Origin: Patescibacteria group bacterium | GTDB taxonomy: Bacteria; Patescibacteriota; Patescibacteriia; GWA2-46-9 | Reading direction: 5' to 3' | NCBI GenBank assembly: GCA_041660005.1 | Contig: JBAZXG010000001.1 | Coordinates: 158,565-222,564, forward strand | Length of the DNA stretch: 64,000 bases | Shown here: positions 8,896 to 18,882 of the stretch, one piece after another | Layout: the number at the start of each line of letters is the position of its first letter | How positions within the stretch are numbered: the first letter of the stretch is position 1 | Position numbers and translations under genes: made by a program | The notes under the pieces: model-generated | What the model saw: the letters and a program-made list of their open reading frames with translations, nothing else | What the model was told of the DNA's origin: nothing | Databases searched by the model: none

Positions 8896-10191
8896 TTAAT
8901 TTTTTTTCACCCGTTCGACCACCGCCACTTTCACTGTGCGCAAAGTAGTTTCTTTAACAATCAGTTGAATATCTTTATGTTCTACAACGTCCCCTATTTT
9001 AGGAAACCGACCAAGACGATCGAGAATAAATCCTGACACGGTTGTAAAGTCCTCATTTTCTGGCAGCTCAGACTGAAGATGCTTGTTAAAATCGATAATG
9101 GAAACGTCGCCAACGACAAGAAGTTTGTCCCCTTCCTGTTTAATCGCCCCACTTACTTCGTCAGTTTCGTCCGTAATGTCTCCAACAATCTCCTCTAAAA
9201 TGTCCTCTAATGTGACCAGCCCCTCGATTTCTCCATGCTCGTCGGCAACCAATGCCATGTGCGCTTTTTTTCTTTGAATTCTTTGCAGCACCTGACCAAT
9301 TTTCATCGTACCTGGAACAAAATAGGGCGGTAACAAAAACTCACGAAGCTGAAGTCCTTGCATCCCCTTTTCAAACTTTGGAAGCAAACGTTTCGTATAA
9401 AGAATACCAATGATGTTGTTCATGGTTCCCTCGTAGATTGGTACTCTTGAGTAACCCGACTCAATGGCTTTATGAACAACATCTCGCGCGGGCTCGTTAA
9501 TATCAAAAGCAACCATGTGCGTACGCGGTATCATAATTTGCCGTACGCTCAAGTCAGAAAAGTCAAAAACGTTTTCTATTATATTATGTTCATGCGATTC
9601 AATGGTACCGGCGCGACGGCTTTCTAAAAGAAGTGCTCTGATTTCCTCTTCTGAAAGTTTAGTCTCAGTGAAGGTTGTTGAGTCGTGAAATAATTTCAAA
9701 AGTAAATTGGAAGAGACGTTCAATGCTTTAATCGGCAACGCATTAATTTTTGATAACCACCAAACAGGATAAGCAGCGAGAAGCGCTAAAGTTTCCGCAT
9801 AACGTAACCCCAAAGACTTCGGCACCAACTCCCCAATGACGATGTTAACGTAGGCAACCACAACAACAACGGTTGTAAAACTAATGGCGTAAGCGTGTTC
9901 AGCAACAAAAGGAATATCGAACCTACTAAGGAAACTAGCCAACTCACGGGCGATACTCGAACCAGCAAAAGCCGAAGCGGCAATGGTAATAACAGAGATG
10001 CCTATTTGAATGGTGGCAAACATGCGCTCTGGTTTTTGATACAATTGTTGAATGATCTGCGCGCGTCGATTGCCTTTCTTAACCAAACCGGCTAGATGGG
10101 TTTTCCGTACGGCAATAAAGGCAATTTCACTCATGGAGAAAAAACCATTGAGCAAAGTCAACAAAAAAACGATAGCAATTTCTGAAATCAT
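8896..10191 (-). CDS. HlyC/CorC family transporter (DUF21/CNNM + CBS pair + CorC_HlyC C-terminal domain)
   Basis: N-terminus MISEIAIVFLLTLLNGFFSMSEIAF typical of DUF21; 431 aa architecture. Confidence 0.85.
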   Translation of the reverse strand: MISEIAIVFLLTLLNGFFSMSEIAFIAVRKTHLAGLVKKGNRRAQIIQQLYQKPERMFATIQIGISVITIAASAFAGSSIARELASFLSRFDIPFVAEHAYAISFTTVVVVVAYVNIVIGELVPKSLGLRYAETLALLAAYPVWWLSKINALPIKALNVSSNLLLKLFHDSTTFTETKLSEEEIRALLLESRRAGTIESHEHNIIENVFDFSDLSVRQIMIPRTHMVAFDINEPARDVVHKAIESGYSRVPIYEGTMNNIIGILYTKRLLPKFEKGMQGLQLREFLLPPYFVPGTMKIGQVLQRIQRKKAHMALVADEHGEIEGLVTLEDILEEIVGDITDETDEVSGAIKQEGDKLLVVGDVSIIDFNKHLQSELPENEDFTTVSGFILDRLGRFPKIGDVVEHKDIQLIVKETTLRTVKVAVVERVKKN

Positions 10192-10595
10192 TTTGGCTCT
10201 CTAGCGGATAAACAAAGAGATTATTAGTATAGCGGCTAAAGTTGCCAATTGGCAAAGACATAAAGAAACGCTCACTATTCTTTTACGCCTCCTTTAAACG
10301 CTCTTTTGCATCATTGCCGGCGGCGTAAAAGCACGATAAAGTACAAAAACTGGAAAAATCAATCGTAGAATAACCCTTGTAAAACTTGAATGAACATGCT
10401 ACATTGGGTCGTTATCTTAAAAAGATAACAAATAAGCTATAAAAGAAATGAAGAGCTGTTGGGATATTTCTTCTCTCGAAAGTAATCAGAGGAGAACGAT
10501 TTCCCAACCGCTTTTTGGGAGAGAAGCGGTAATGGAACGTTCATTTTAGGATTGTAGCCCCGGCTCCGAGGTAAATCGGGCAAAGGAGGAGAAGG

Positions 10596-11195
10596 GTGTT
10601 AGAAACAGTTTGGGCTTTTGTTCAGATCATTGGGATCGACGTGATCATGGCAGCCGACAATGCTGCGATAGTAGCAATGATCGCAATGACAGTGCCGCTA
10701 ACTGAGCAACGTCGTGTCCTTGTATTCGGCACAGGACTAGCGGTAGCTCTGCGAGTAGGGCTGGCCGTTTTCGCGTCGTTCTTGATGCAATATGTTGGGT
10801 TAACCTTAGCCGGTGGATTTATCCTCTTGTACTTCGCACACGGAATGTACAAAGAGATGTGCTGGCACGGTACTACCCACGGCGGTACGAAATATAGGTA
10901 CAAGTCATTTCGACACGCCGTGCTGCAAATAGGGATTGCGGACACAGTGATGAGCATCGACAACGTCCTCGCGGTCTCGGGAATAGCCAACGGTCACGTT
11001 CAAATGACCGCATTCGGGCTACTCCTATCCGTGGCTCTCATGGGAGCTGCCGCCGGGTTTCTCGCGCACACGATCCAGCGCTACCGGTGGATAGCGTGGG
11101 TCGGCCTTGCCATGGTCGGATGGGTTGCCCTTTCAATGATTTGGAAGGGTGGCATCGAAGTCGTCACAGCCGCTGCGGCAGCAACAATGCGCTAG
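10596..11195 (+). CDS. TerC family integral membrane protein (YjbE/YkoY-like)
   Basis: Duplicated DNA..V/ DNVLAV motifs (IMAADNAAIVAMIA; SIDNVLAVSGIA), multi-TM. Confidence 0.7.
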   Translation: MLETVWAFVQIIGIDVIMAADNAAIVAMIAMTVPLTEQRRVLVFGTGLAVALRVGLAVFASFLMQYVGLTLAGGFILLYFAHGMYKEMCWHGTTHGGTKYRYKSFRHAVLQIGIADTVMSIDNVLAVSGIANGHVQMTAFGLLLSVALMGAAAGFLAHTIQRYRWIAWVGLAMVGWVALSMIWKGGIEVVTAAAAATMR

Positions 11196-11621
11196 ACCTC
11201 GTAACCGAACTCGGAACGGTTAACTCTCCGAGCGCCAACTAGATAGGCGCAAGTATCTGGTAGGAGGACGCACTTGGAACGCGTCCCCTCTTCTGAATTC
11301 ACTATCACTCAATGATAGCGGAATCAGAAAAGGGCATTATGACAACTTGAGTAAAATATTTTTCAAAAAATTAAGCGGCTCTTTACCCTCGACAAAAACC
11401 CTAAAATACTGTAGGTTGCAATCGATCTGTTCGTTATAGACAGGGTCGAAATTCTTTGGCAGAGTAATTTGCCATGACTTTCGTCCCCGACTTTCTGAAT
11501 AGATCCCTGGGGCAATAGGGGCACCGCCAGGGCTCCCCGTCTGGTTTCTGCCAGACAAACTATTGCCCTTACAGGTTCAACGCGGGGAAGGAAAAGTGAC
11601 ACTCCTTCCCCCATTCAATTA

Positions 11622-11873
11622 TTGATTAACGTATTTAGTATGACTGAACGTGCCACAGAAATAGAAATAGTGGCTACAACAGTGACTGAGGTGATAGAAG
11701 CAGTTCTTTCCCGCATTCCGAACTATAAAATAGACCTAATTGACGAACCTATTGGAGAAGAAGCAACTTCACTAAACGATTTTTTAGAAAACAATAATGA
11801 CGGTAGTGAATGGACAGATCCAAAAGGTTTTAAAATAAACATTGCTGGTGGAGAATATAAAATTTCATTTTGA
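11622..11873 (+). CDS. Hypothetical small acidic protein (83 aa)
   Basis: ORF only; weak. Confidence 0.3.
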   Translation: MINVFSMTERATEIEIVATTVTEVIEAVLSRIPNYKIDLIDEPIGEEATSLNDFLENNNDGSEWTDPKGFKINIAGGEYKISF

Positions 11874-12115
11874 AAACGTTAACAAAAGACGACCCCCGTG
11901 TACAGCTGTAGTTACAACCATCCCGTGTGTTTCTCTTTGTGCGTAACGAAATGTTGTTTGAAATTGCATCATCTTCACCACTACAGCGACTGACCACCGA
12001 TCACTCGGTTACGCTCGACTTAAAAACTCCTCGCGACAACTGATCCCTTGCTTTGATTGAAAATGAAAACAATGTACATTACACTTCAATACATTGCATG
12101 ATTTTCAGCATAACT

Positions 12116-13339
12116 ATGTGGAATAACTTTTCAATATCGGCCTTTCTTGCTGGTAAATCTATTCTAAAGGGAAACCGAGCGGTTTTGATATTAACGCCTA
12201 TCGTTATTAGTTTTTCAATTGCGAACTTAGTTTTTTCTGCGTCACTTTTTACTGGAATGATTCGTTCTCTCGAAGCACAGCTCATTGATAATCTTTTTTC
12301 AAATATCCTCATTGAACCACAGGACGACCATCAGTACATAACAAGCGTCGATAGCATCGTGAACAACATAGCGAGCATTTCATCGGTTATCGCTGTCGCG
12401 CCTCACTATAAAACTGGTGCCCAATTCTCTTTTGACCCTGAAAAAGATAACCTCCATGTAACCAAGCGTGAATATCAAGTTGTTGGGGTTGATCCGCCGG
12501 TCGAAGAAAAGGTTACAAAGATAGCACAGTCGATGATCGCTGGCCGCTACTTGGAACCAAGTGACCGCGATGGTATTTTGATCGGCGCTGAAGTCGCAGG
12601 AGGTGGTTTAGGGTCTTTCGAAAAAATATCGCTCGGAGGCGTCACTGTTGGAAGCAAAATACGTGTAGCGTACGGCAATGAACGTGTGCGGGACTATAAA
12701 GTCATCGGCATTTTTAAAACGGGCATGGATGGCATTGATATTATGACATTTGTTACCCGCAAAGAGTTCGAAGCAGTGCATGGTATCACTGACAGTGCTC
12801 ACGAAATTATGGTGCGTTTACCAAAACTGGGTAACGAAGACAAAATAATCGACCAGATACGGACTCTGGGATATGCCAAGTTAAAAATTGGCCCATGGAG
12901 TTCTTTTTCCAACTTTACAGCAGGTATGTCTAATAGTTTTGAAATTCTCAACTTCATAACAGGGATCATAAGTCTCGTGGTGGCTTGCACGACGATATTC
13001 ATAGTTATTTTTATCCAGGTCGTGAATAAAAAACGCCAACTTGGCATACTGAAAGCCATCGGTGTCAGTGAAAGAATTATCATTCATTCATTCATTCTGC
13101 AAACTTTTTTTTACGGACTTGTCGGATCACTCTTGGCGGCGCTCATTATGTATGGAGTAGCACGTCCGTATTTTGATCACTATCCCCTAAATATGGGATT
13201 TGCCAAAGTTAAACTACTTATCGAACCGTTAGAAATGTTAAAAAGCGTAGCAATAATTGTTACCGCAAGTCTTATTGCTGGCTTTATTCCTGTTTGGTTT
13301 ACCATTCGTCAATCCATTATTAAAGCTATATGGGGATGA
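12116..13339 (+). CDS. ABC transporter permease, FtsX/MacB-LolE type
   Basis: N-terminal TM + large extracytoplasmic domain + C-terminal 3-TM FtsX-like region; start chosen at MWNN (ORF opens at 12053). Confidence 0.8.
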   Translation: MWNNFSISAFLAGKSILKGNRAVLILTPIVISFSIANLVFSASLFTGMIRSLEAQLIDNLFSNILIEPQDDHQYITSVDSIVNNIASISSVIAVAPHYKTGAQFSFDPEKDNLHVTKREYQVVGVDPPVEEKVTKIAQSMIAGRYLEPSDRDGILIGAEVAGGGLGSFEKISLGGVTVGSKIRVAYGNERVRDYKVIGIFKTGMDGIDIMTFVTRKEFEAVHGITDSAHEIMVRLPKLGNEDKIIDQIRTLGYAKLKIGPWSSFSNFTAGMSNSFEILNFITGIISLVVACTTIFIVIFIQVVNKKRQLGILKAIGVSERIIIHSFILQTFFYGLVGSLLAALIMYGVARPYFDHYPLNMGFAKVKLLIEPLEMLKSVAIIVTASLIAGFIPVWFTIRQSIIKAIWG

Positions 13340-14019
13340 TAGAGGTTAATAACTTAACGCGGACTTACCCAGGCAAAGTACCGACACTGGCGTTGCGAGG
13401 TGTTACGTTCACCATTAACGAAGGAGAATTTGTCGCTATCATGGGAAAAAGTGGTTCTGGAAAATCAACACTGCTGCATCAGCTCGCGCTTCTGGATATA
13501 CCCACAAGTGGATCGCTAACGATTGGCGGCAACGATGTCATGGCTTTAAGCGAACACCAAAAAACTCTTTTTCGACTCATGAACATTGGCTACGTTTTTC
13601 AAGAATATGCGATTTTGACCGAACTGACAACCCTCGAAAACGTTGCTTTGCCGCTGCGCGTTCGTGGAGGGCTGTCACGTAAAGATGCTCATAACGAGGC
13701 CTCGCAACTACTCGATCGTGTAGGACTTAGCAACCGTTTACATCATTACCCGGGCGAACTATCGGGCGGCGAACAGCAACGTGTGGCGATTGCACGGTCA
13801 CTCATTAACAAACCGCGCATACTACTAGCGGACGAACCATGTGCAAATCTCGATACCGCATCTAGCGAAACGGTTCTTCGCTTGTTGCGAGATCTCAATA
13901 AAAACCTTGGTCAGACTATTGTAATGATCAGCCACGAGCCTGAAGATCGCGAATGGGTTGATAGAATTTTATGGCTGAAAGACGGGCTTATTGATCATAT
14001 TGACAAAAAAGCATCGTAA
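13330..14019 (+). CDS. ABC transporter ATP-binding protein (MacB/LolD-like)
   Basis: Walker A GKSGSGKST, signature LSGGEQQRVAIARSL, Walker B ILLADEP; overlaps permease by 10 nt. Confidence 0.9.
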   Translation: MGMIEVNNLTRTYPGKVPTLALRGVTFTINEGEFVAIMGKSGSGKSTLLHQLALLDIPTSGSLTIGGNDVMALSEHQKTLFRLMNIGYVFQEYAILTELTTLENVALPLRVRGGLSRKDAHNEASQLLDRVGLSNRLHHYPGELSGGEQQRVAIARSLINKPRILLADEPCANLDTASSETVLRLLRDLNKNLGQTIVMISHEPEDREWVDRILWLKDGLIDHIDKKAS

Positions 14020-14098
14020 ATTGCTCCACGAAAAAGCATCTGCTTCTCTCAAAGCCACCCATTGCCAAGACCACAAAAATCACCTAGCATGTCGAGAC

Positions 14099-15562
14099 AT
14101 GGCAAACAACGTTATTCTTCGTTTCGACGAAGTTATTTTTAATTACGGCAAAACCAAGCCCATACTGGATGAGGCCAGTTTTTCCGTGCGCAATGGCGCT
14201 AAAGTTGCGCTCATGGGACAAAATGGTGCTGGCAAAACTTCTCTCTTCTCTTTGATTCTTGGAGAACAAAAACCCCAGTCGGGACGAATTTATTTAACGC
14301 CGCAAGACGCCACCGTTGGCATTGCAAAGCAAGTTGTCGCAGAGGAACAAAAAGATCTTACGGTGCGTGATTTTTTTGCTGCAACATTTACTGACGTCCC
14401 TTACAACTTAGACAAGCGCATTGCAGACGTTCTGGATGCTGTAAACTTAAAAACCGACCTCACAAAAAAAGTACGCGAGCATTCCGGCGGTGAGCAAGCA
14501 CGGCTATTGCTCGCCTACGCGCTCATTCAAGACCCCGATATTTTGCTGCTTGATGAACCAACCAATAATCTTGATCAAGACGGGATTGCTCATCTCACCA
14601 TATTTCTTGTCATGTACGAAAAAACAGTTATGGTAATTTCACACGATGCAGACTTCTTAAACGCCTTTACGGACGGTGTCATTTATCTTGACGTGCATAC
14701 ACATAAAACTGAGCAGTATGACGGCAACTACTCCAACGTTGTTGATGAGATAGCCCGCCGGATTGAACGTGAACTCATGCAAAATGCTCAAGCCGAGCAG
14801 CAGATTAAAAAGAAAATGGCGCAGGCAGAGGTGTTCGCACATAAAGGTGGTAAACTCCGTTCTGTTGCCAAGCGCATGCGCGAAAACGCCGAAGACGCCG
14901 CCGAAAACATGGTTGAGACACGCCGTGAAGACAAAACTATTCGTGACTTCACTATTCCGGTTCAAGAATTTCCATTTGATTTTAACGGAGCAATTCTTGA
15001 TATAAACAAGGTTAGCATTGTCAAAGAAGGTAAACTGGTGATGAAAGAAGTTGCCTTGACCCTGCGCCGTCGATCGCACCTTCTGCTTGCTGGCCCGAAC
15101 GGTATCGGCAAAACAACATTACTGAAACAAATCGCCGCTGGCGAAGCGAAGGGTACAAAAATTGGTATGGGTGTACGTGTTGGATACTACGCGCAAGATT
15201 TTTCTATGCTCGACTTCAGTCAAACAGGACTAGCATGTTTAACGAACGCCATGGAAAAACCAGACGAACATATTATTCGCTCCACCGCAGCAGGATTTTT
15301 ACTTGATGGCAAAGTTATTGGTAACGAAATTCGCTACATGTCTGAAGGACAAAAAGGGCTTCTAGCTCTGGCAAGACTCGTCCTGATGCGTCCAGGGCTC
15401 ATTATTTTAGACGAGCCGACAAACCATATAAATTTCCGCCATTTGCCGATTATTGCCAAAGCGCTTGATGGTTATGAAGGCGCCATGGTGCTTGTGAGCC
15501 ACATTCCTGACTTTGTCGCACAAATTCGCATTGATCACACGATTGATCTTGGTCGACTGTAA
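14099..15562 (+). CDS. ABC-F family ATPase (two ABC domains, no TM)
   Basis: GQNGAGKTS / HSGGEQARLLLAYAL / LLLDEPTNNLD and GPNGIGKTT / MSEGQKGLLALARLV / ILDEPTNHIN; start at MANNVILRFDEV. Confidence 0.85.
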   Translation: MANNVILRFDEVIFNYGKTKPILDEASFSVRNGAKVALMGQNGAGKTSLFSLILGEQKPQSGRIYLTPQDATVGIAKQVVAEEQKDLTVRDFFAATFTDVPYNLDKRIADVLDAVNLKTDLTKKVREHSGGEQARLLLAYALIQDPDILLLDEPTNNLDQDGIAHLTIFLVMYEKTVMVISHDADFLNAFTDGVIYLDVHTHKTEQYDGNYSNVVDEIARRIERELMQNAQAEQQIKKKMAQAEVFAHKGGKLRSVAKRMRENAEDAAENMVETRREDKTIRDFTIPVQEFPFDFNGAILDINKVSIVKEGKLVMKEVALTLRRRSHLLLAGPNGIGKTTLLKQIAAGEAKGTKIGMGVRVGYYAQDFSMLDFSQTGLACLTNAMEKPDEHIIRSTAAGFLLDGKVIGNEIRYMSEGQKGLLALARLVLMRPGLIILDEPTNHINFRHLPIIAKALDGYEGAMVLVSHIPDFVAQIRIDHTIDLGRL

Positions 15563-15953
15563 AAGGTATTGACCCCATAGAAAGCCCTAGACTCTTAAGT
15601 TCGCCCACGGGCGAGTTGAGAAAGACGGCTCGGCAGAGCTCCGCAAGCAGCAATTTACACCATTTTGTGCGTACGCACAAAATGGTGTAAAAATAATAAA
15701 ATACAAAATCACTAAAAGTAATCAGCGACCACGCCCCAAGGGGACGGGATGTGTAATGGTGATTCCACTTCGCCGAGTCAAACTCACCTCCTTCGCTTAA
15801 GCTTCGGACGGTCAAGGACCTCCTTCGCTCCCACTTCGTATCAAACTACGGCGGGACACAGCAATGCTACGGACGGTCAAGGACCTCCTTTGCTTAAGCT
15901 TCGGACGGTCAAGGAGCTACGCGGGATATTTTTGCTCACCCCCAACAATTGCA
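15563..15953. repeat. Composite repeat-rich intergenic region (palindrome + B-module + three copies of acggacggtcaagga(c/g)c units)
   Basis: Direct reading: ctcctt(c/t)gcttaagcttcggacggtcaagga twice, acggacggtcaagga three times; shares motifs with 20088-20193 and 60930-61013. Confidence 0.6.
15656..15689. repeat. 34-bp perfect palindrome TACACCATTTTGTGCGTACGCACAAAATGGTGTA (copy 1 of 3)
   Basis: Sequence equals its reverse complement; flanked by T-run and A-run. Confidence 0.85.
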
Positions 15954-17039
15954 CTAACGTTTTTTAAGCGTATCGCTTGATATCACGCGGTCGTAACGGC
16001 GACCGTTGAAAATTATTGTGGGAATTTTAATGGTACGAATTTGTTGCTCAACGACCGCACGGTGTTCTTTAATGATTTGAACCACTTTATCCGAATGTGC
16101 CATTTCAGTAACGCGCGCAATGGTCGCTTCATCATAGCCAAAAGTCGGCAACATTTCTTGCAGCTTATGTTCGGCTTCAGTTTCGCTGTAGAGCGTATTA
16201 AACTTTACCTGCATCTGAACTCCGTCACCGTCTGCACCCAGCAATATTGTCTCAAGTAGTTTCCAGTCTGCGGGCGTCGTCCCATCAAGCTTCGAGGGTG
16301 GAACGAGTTTTACTGCTTCGAGATATTGCGCAATGAGATATGAGTTGGCAAATTTGTAACCACTCTTTTGCTGCGGATCAGGAATAGGATAAGCAATATA
16401 GGTTAGGTTGTGCGTATGCTCAAAGTCAGCTGCTTTAATATTATTTAATAACGAAGCGCAATAATGGCATCCCGGATCGAGAATTTCTAGCGCCGTTATT
16501 TTTTGATTATCAAAAGGGGCATAGTACGTGCTCTCCGCCGTCGTGAAGTCAGCAGCATTCCAGCTCCGCAGCCGATTCGGCACAAGACTCGTAGTGTTCG
16601 CTACGTTCACAAACGGCCGAGCCGCCCACGATGCCAGTTGTCCTTGCTGAAACGATTCAAACAAATCAAGATTCTGTGAAGGAACGGCACAGGCTTCTCC
16701 TGCTAACGAGCAAGACTCTGCAGCCTGCGGATTGCAGGTATCATAAACAAAGAGGTTAAGCCCCGAAACCGCAACATATATAAGACTCCAAATGGATAAA
16801 CCAACAAAGACGAGGGCGAGCCAATTTGACCACCTTAAGAAAAAACGTGCGAGGAGTGGTGAACGTCGAACCAGTTTACCGGCAATGATACCTTTAATTT
16901 CTTCGTCAAAATGAATATCGCACGGCCGAAAAGTAAGGCGGCGGCCAACACAATACCAAGCTTTTTTAGCAAGCCCCCGATAATAGGCAGAGAATATACC
17001 CAAAATGAGAAAGACGATAAAAGCGGCGATGCAAAACAT
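15954..17039 (-). CDS. Membrane-anchored thiol:disulfide oxidoreductase, DsbA-like thioredoxin-fold domain (CHYC) fused to N-terminal 2-TM Cys-containing domain
   Basis: LDPGCHYCASLL CxxC motif in C-terminal half; two TM helices and paired Cys N-terminally. Confidence 0.6.
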   Translation of the reverse strand: MFCIAAFIVFLILGIFSAYYRGLAKKAWYCVGRRLTFRPCDIHFDEEIKGIIAGKLVRRSPLLARFFLRWSNWLALVFVGLSIWSLIYVAVSGLNLFVYDTCNPQAAESCSLAGEACAVPSQNLDLFESFQQGQLASWAARPFVNVANTTSLVPNRLRSWNAADFTTAESTYYAPFDNQKITALEILDPGCHYCASLLNNIKAADFEHTHNLTYIAYPIPDPQQKSGYKFANSYLIAQYLEAVKLVPPSKLDGTTPADWKLLETILLGADGDGVQMQVKFNTLYSETEAEHKLQEMLPTFGYDEATIARVTEMAHSDKVVQIIKEHRAVVEQQIRTIKIPTIIFNGRRYDRVISSDTLKKR

Positions 17040-17042
17040 ATT

Positions 17043-18254
17043 CTAAAATGCTTGAAGGGTTGATGAAATAATTTTTACAACACGAGAAACATCGGCATGA
17101 GTATTTTGAAGTCCAAGAGACAAACGTAGAAGTGGAGGCAATTTTAGTACTTTTTGCAAATAATAATGACAGCAGAAATATCCGCTCCGCGCCATAACCC
17201 CTTGTTCTGATAGCATGAGCGAGAGGCGATGCGCGTCAGCGTTTGGAAAAGAAAAAGCTACCACAGGACTCGCACTGCTATTCACAAGATTAATCGCCGG
17301 AATTGTTTTTAGCTCATCCAAAAAAGTTTGAGACAGCTCGCGCACATGCACATCAATTGCTTTATTACTCGGACGATATTTCGATAGCCACTCAAGAGCA
17401 GCAGAAAAACCAATGATGCCAGCCCAATTTTGCAGCCCCGGCTCAAGCCGAGTATGAAGTTCACCCTGTTCGTCAATGAGTGAATACGCAAGCTCGGAAA
17501 CGTCGCTCACCATCCCGCCGCCAATAAAACTGATATCGAGATTCTCGAGTAAACTTTTTTTGAAAACAATAAAGCCAAGACTCGGCCCGTACATTTTATG
17601 CGAAGAACCGAAGAGACAATCAAAATCAACGTTGGCAAGGAGTGATCGGTGATACACCATAGACTGCGCTGCGTCGAGGAAAAGAAGCCCACCCGCGGCG
17701 TGCGTATCGCGAGCAAGGTCCGCAACGTTCACACACTGTCGCCCATCAACGTTTGATGTCGTGCTAACAAGAACGACGCTCCGTTCAAGTTGATTTTTAT
17801 TGTATGAAAGTGCGCCATCAGCAGCTCTCTCAAGCACGAGCCGAGACAACCCATACTTTTTTGCCACCGTAATCGTCGGCAGAAAAACAGAGTTATGCTC
17901 AATTTGGGAAGTAACAATATTCTTGAACCGGTCAACCTTGAGCTGCTGCAATACCAGGTTGATACCGTACGTTGTATTTAAAGTAAAAGCGACAGCATAT
18001 TCATTCGCCGATTTTCCAAGAGCGTCCAATAACCGACGTCGGGCAATGCTAACCGCATCGTCAACCCGTCTCCCCCACTCATATTTTACGCGACCACCAC
18101 AGGCGTTGTAATTCTTGTAATAATCAATCTCGGCGTCAATAACTTCCTGCGGCCGCAGTGTTTGGCACGCCGAATCAAAATATAATTGTGTCTCGTCAAG
18201 ATATGCAAAACTCGATGTTTCTGTATGTTGTCGAGAACGAGTGCCGAAAAGCAT
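17043..18254 (-). CDS. Class V aminotransferase-fold PLP enzyme (cysteine desulfurase-like)
   Basis: YFDSACQT (cf. YLDSAATT) and SSHKMYGP PLP-lysine motif. Confidence 0.7.
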   Translation of the reverse strand: MLFGTRSRQHTETSSFAYLDETQLYFDSACQTLRPQEVIDAEIDYYKNYNACGGRVKYEWGRRVDDAVSIARRRLLDALGKSANEYAVAFTLNTTYGINLVLQQLKVDRFKNIVTSQIEHNSVFLPTITVAKKYGLSRLVLERAADGALSYNKNQLERSVVLVSTTSNVDGRQCVNVADLARDTHAAGGLLFLDAAQSMVYHRSLLANVDFDCLFGSSHKMYGPSLGFIVFKKSLLENLDISFIGGGMVSDVSELAYSLIDEQGELHTRLEPGLQNWAGIIGFSAALEWLSKYRPSNKAIDVHVRELSQTFLDELKTIPAINLVNSSASPVVAFSFPNADAHRLSLMLSEQGVMARSGYFCCHYYLQKVLKLPPLLRLSLGLQNTHADVSRVVKIISSTLQAF

Positions 18255-18471
18255 TTGCGAAAATCAATGATATCTTACATTGAGCATATCAAGAATTGAC
18301 CATTATTTCAAGCATATTTGATTACATAATACTGTAGTCTTTTGTTGTTTTTTGTTGTCGCAATAGTGTGCAATGTTTGCATAAATTTATACCTTTTAGA
18401 AAGACGACGTCCGGGCGGCTGCAGTATTGCAACCGTCCGGACGCATTTCGACTGTGGTGGGGTTTTCGGCC

Positions 18472-18720
18472 TCAACGGCAGGGATGGATACCGTGCTGCC
18501 GGAGCATTCTGCGCATCCACCCGATGGTGGATGGCTTCTGTTTTCGACGGGCAAGAGAATCTCGCCTACTTCCGCCCATCGTAGCGTTGATGTTGTGCTT
18601 CTGGCACTGCTCGACAAGCTTCTCGCGCGCCGTCGCAAGCTCGCGCTCTCTTTTCGTCGGGACGCCTACCCTCGGCTGGTAGAATACTCTTCCTCTTGAT
18701 CCAAAAATTGTCGAACTCAT
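18472..18720 (-). CDS. Hypothetical small basic protein in GC-rich islet
   Basis: AGGAGGA SD 7 nt before ATG; Arg/Lys-rich 82 aa; GC-rich; followed by inverted repeat 18406-18447. Confidence 0.3.
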   Translation of the reverse strand: MSSTIFGSRGRVFYQPRVGVPTKRERELATAREKLVEQCQKHNINATMGGSRRDSLARRKQKPSTIGWMRRMLRQHGIHPCR

Positions 18721-18882
18721 CTGGTCCTCCTGCGACCACAAACGTTACGTACCCCAAAATCGACGACGTGACTTTAACATAGACCCTTTCAACCTACAAC
18801 TTAAACTATGCTGGTTCTTATGGTACACTAATTAAATAGATACTTTGTTATAGTCTAGAGAATATTACCTTTTTATAAATTT

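Noticed and set aside
11337-11614. Overlapping 73/83-aa minus-strand ORFs, and attempts to classify the region as SRP RNA, tmRNA 3' domain, RNase P or 6S RNA
   Set aside because: No start context for the ORFs. RNA motifs (GGAA tetraloop helix 8, T-loop-like GGUUCAACG, GGAAAGUCCGG) do not hold on inspection, so this is kept only as an unclassified structured region
15788-15925. Possible CRISPR array (short tandem repeats)
   Set aside because: Units are imperfect, overlapping and lack regular unique spacers; there are no cas genes. This is a mosaic repeat, not CRISPR
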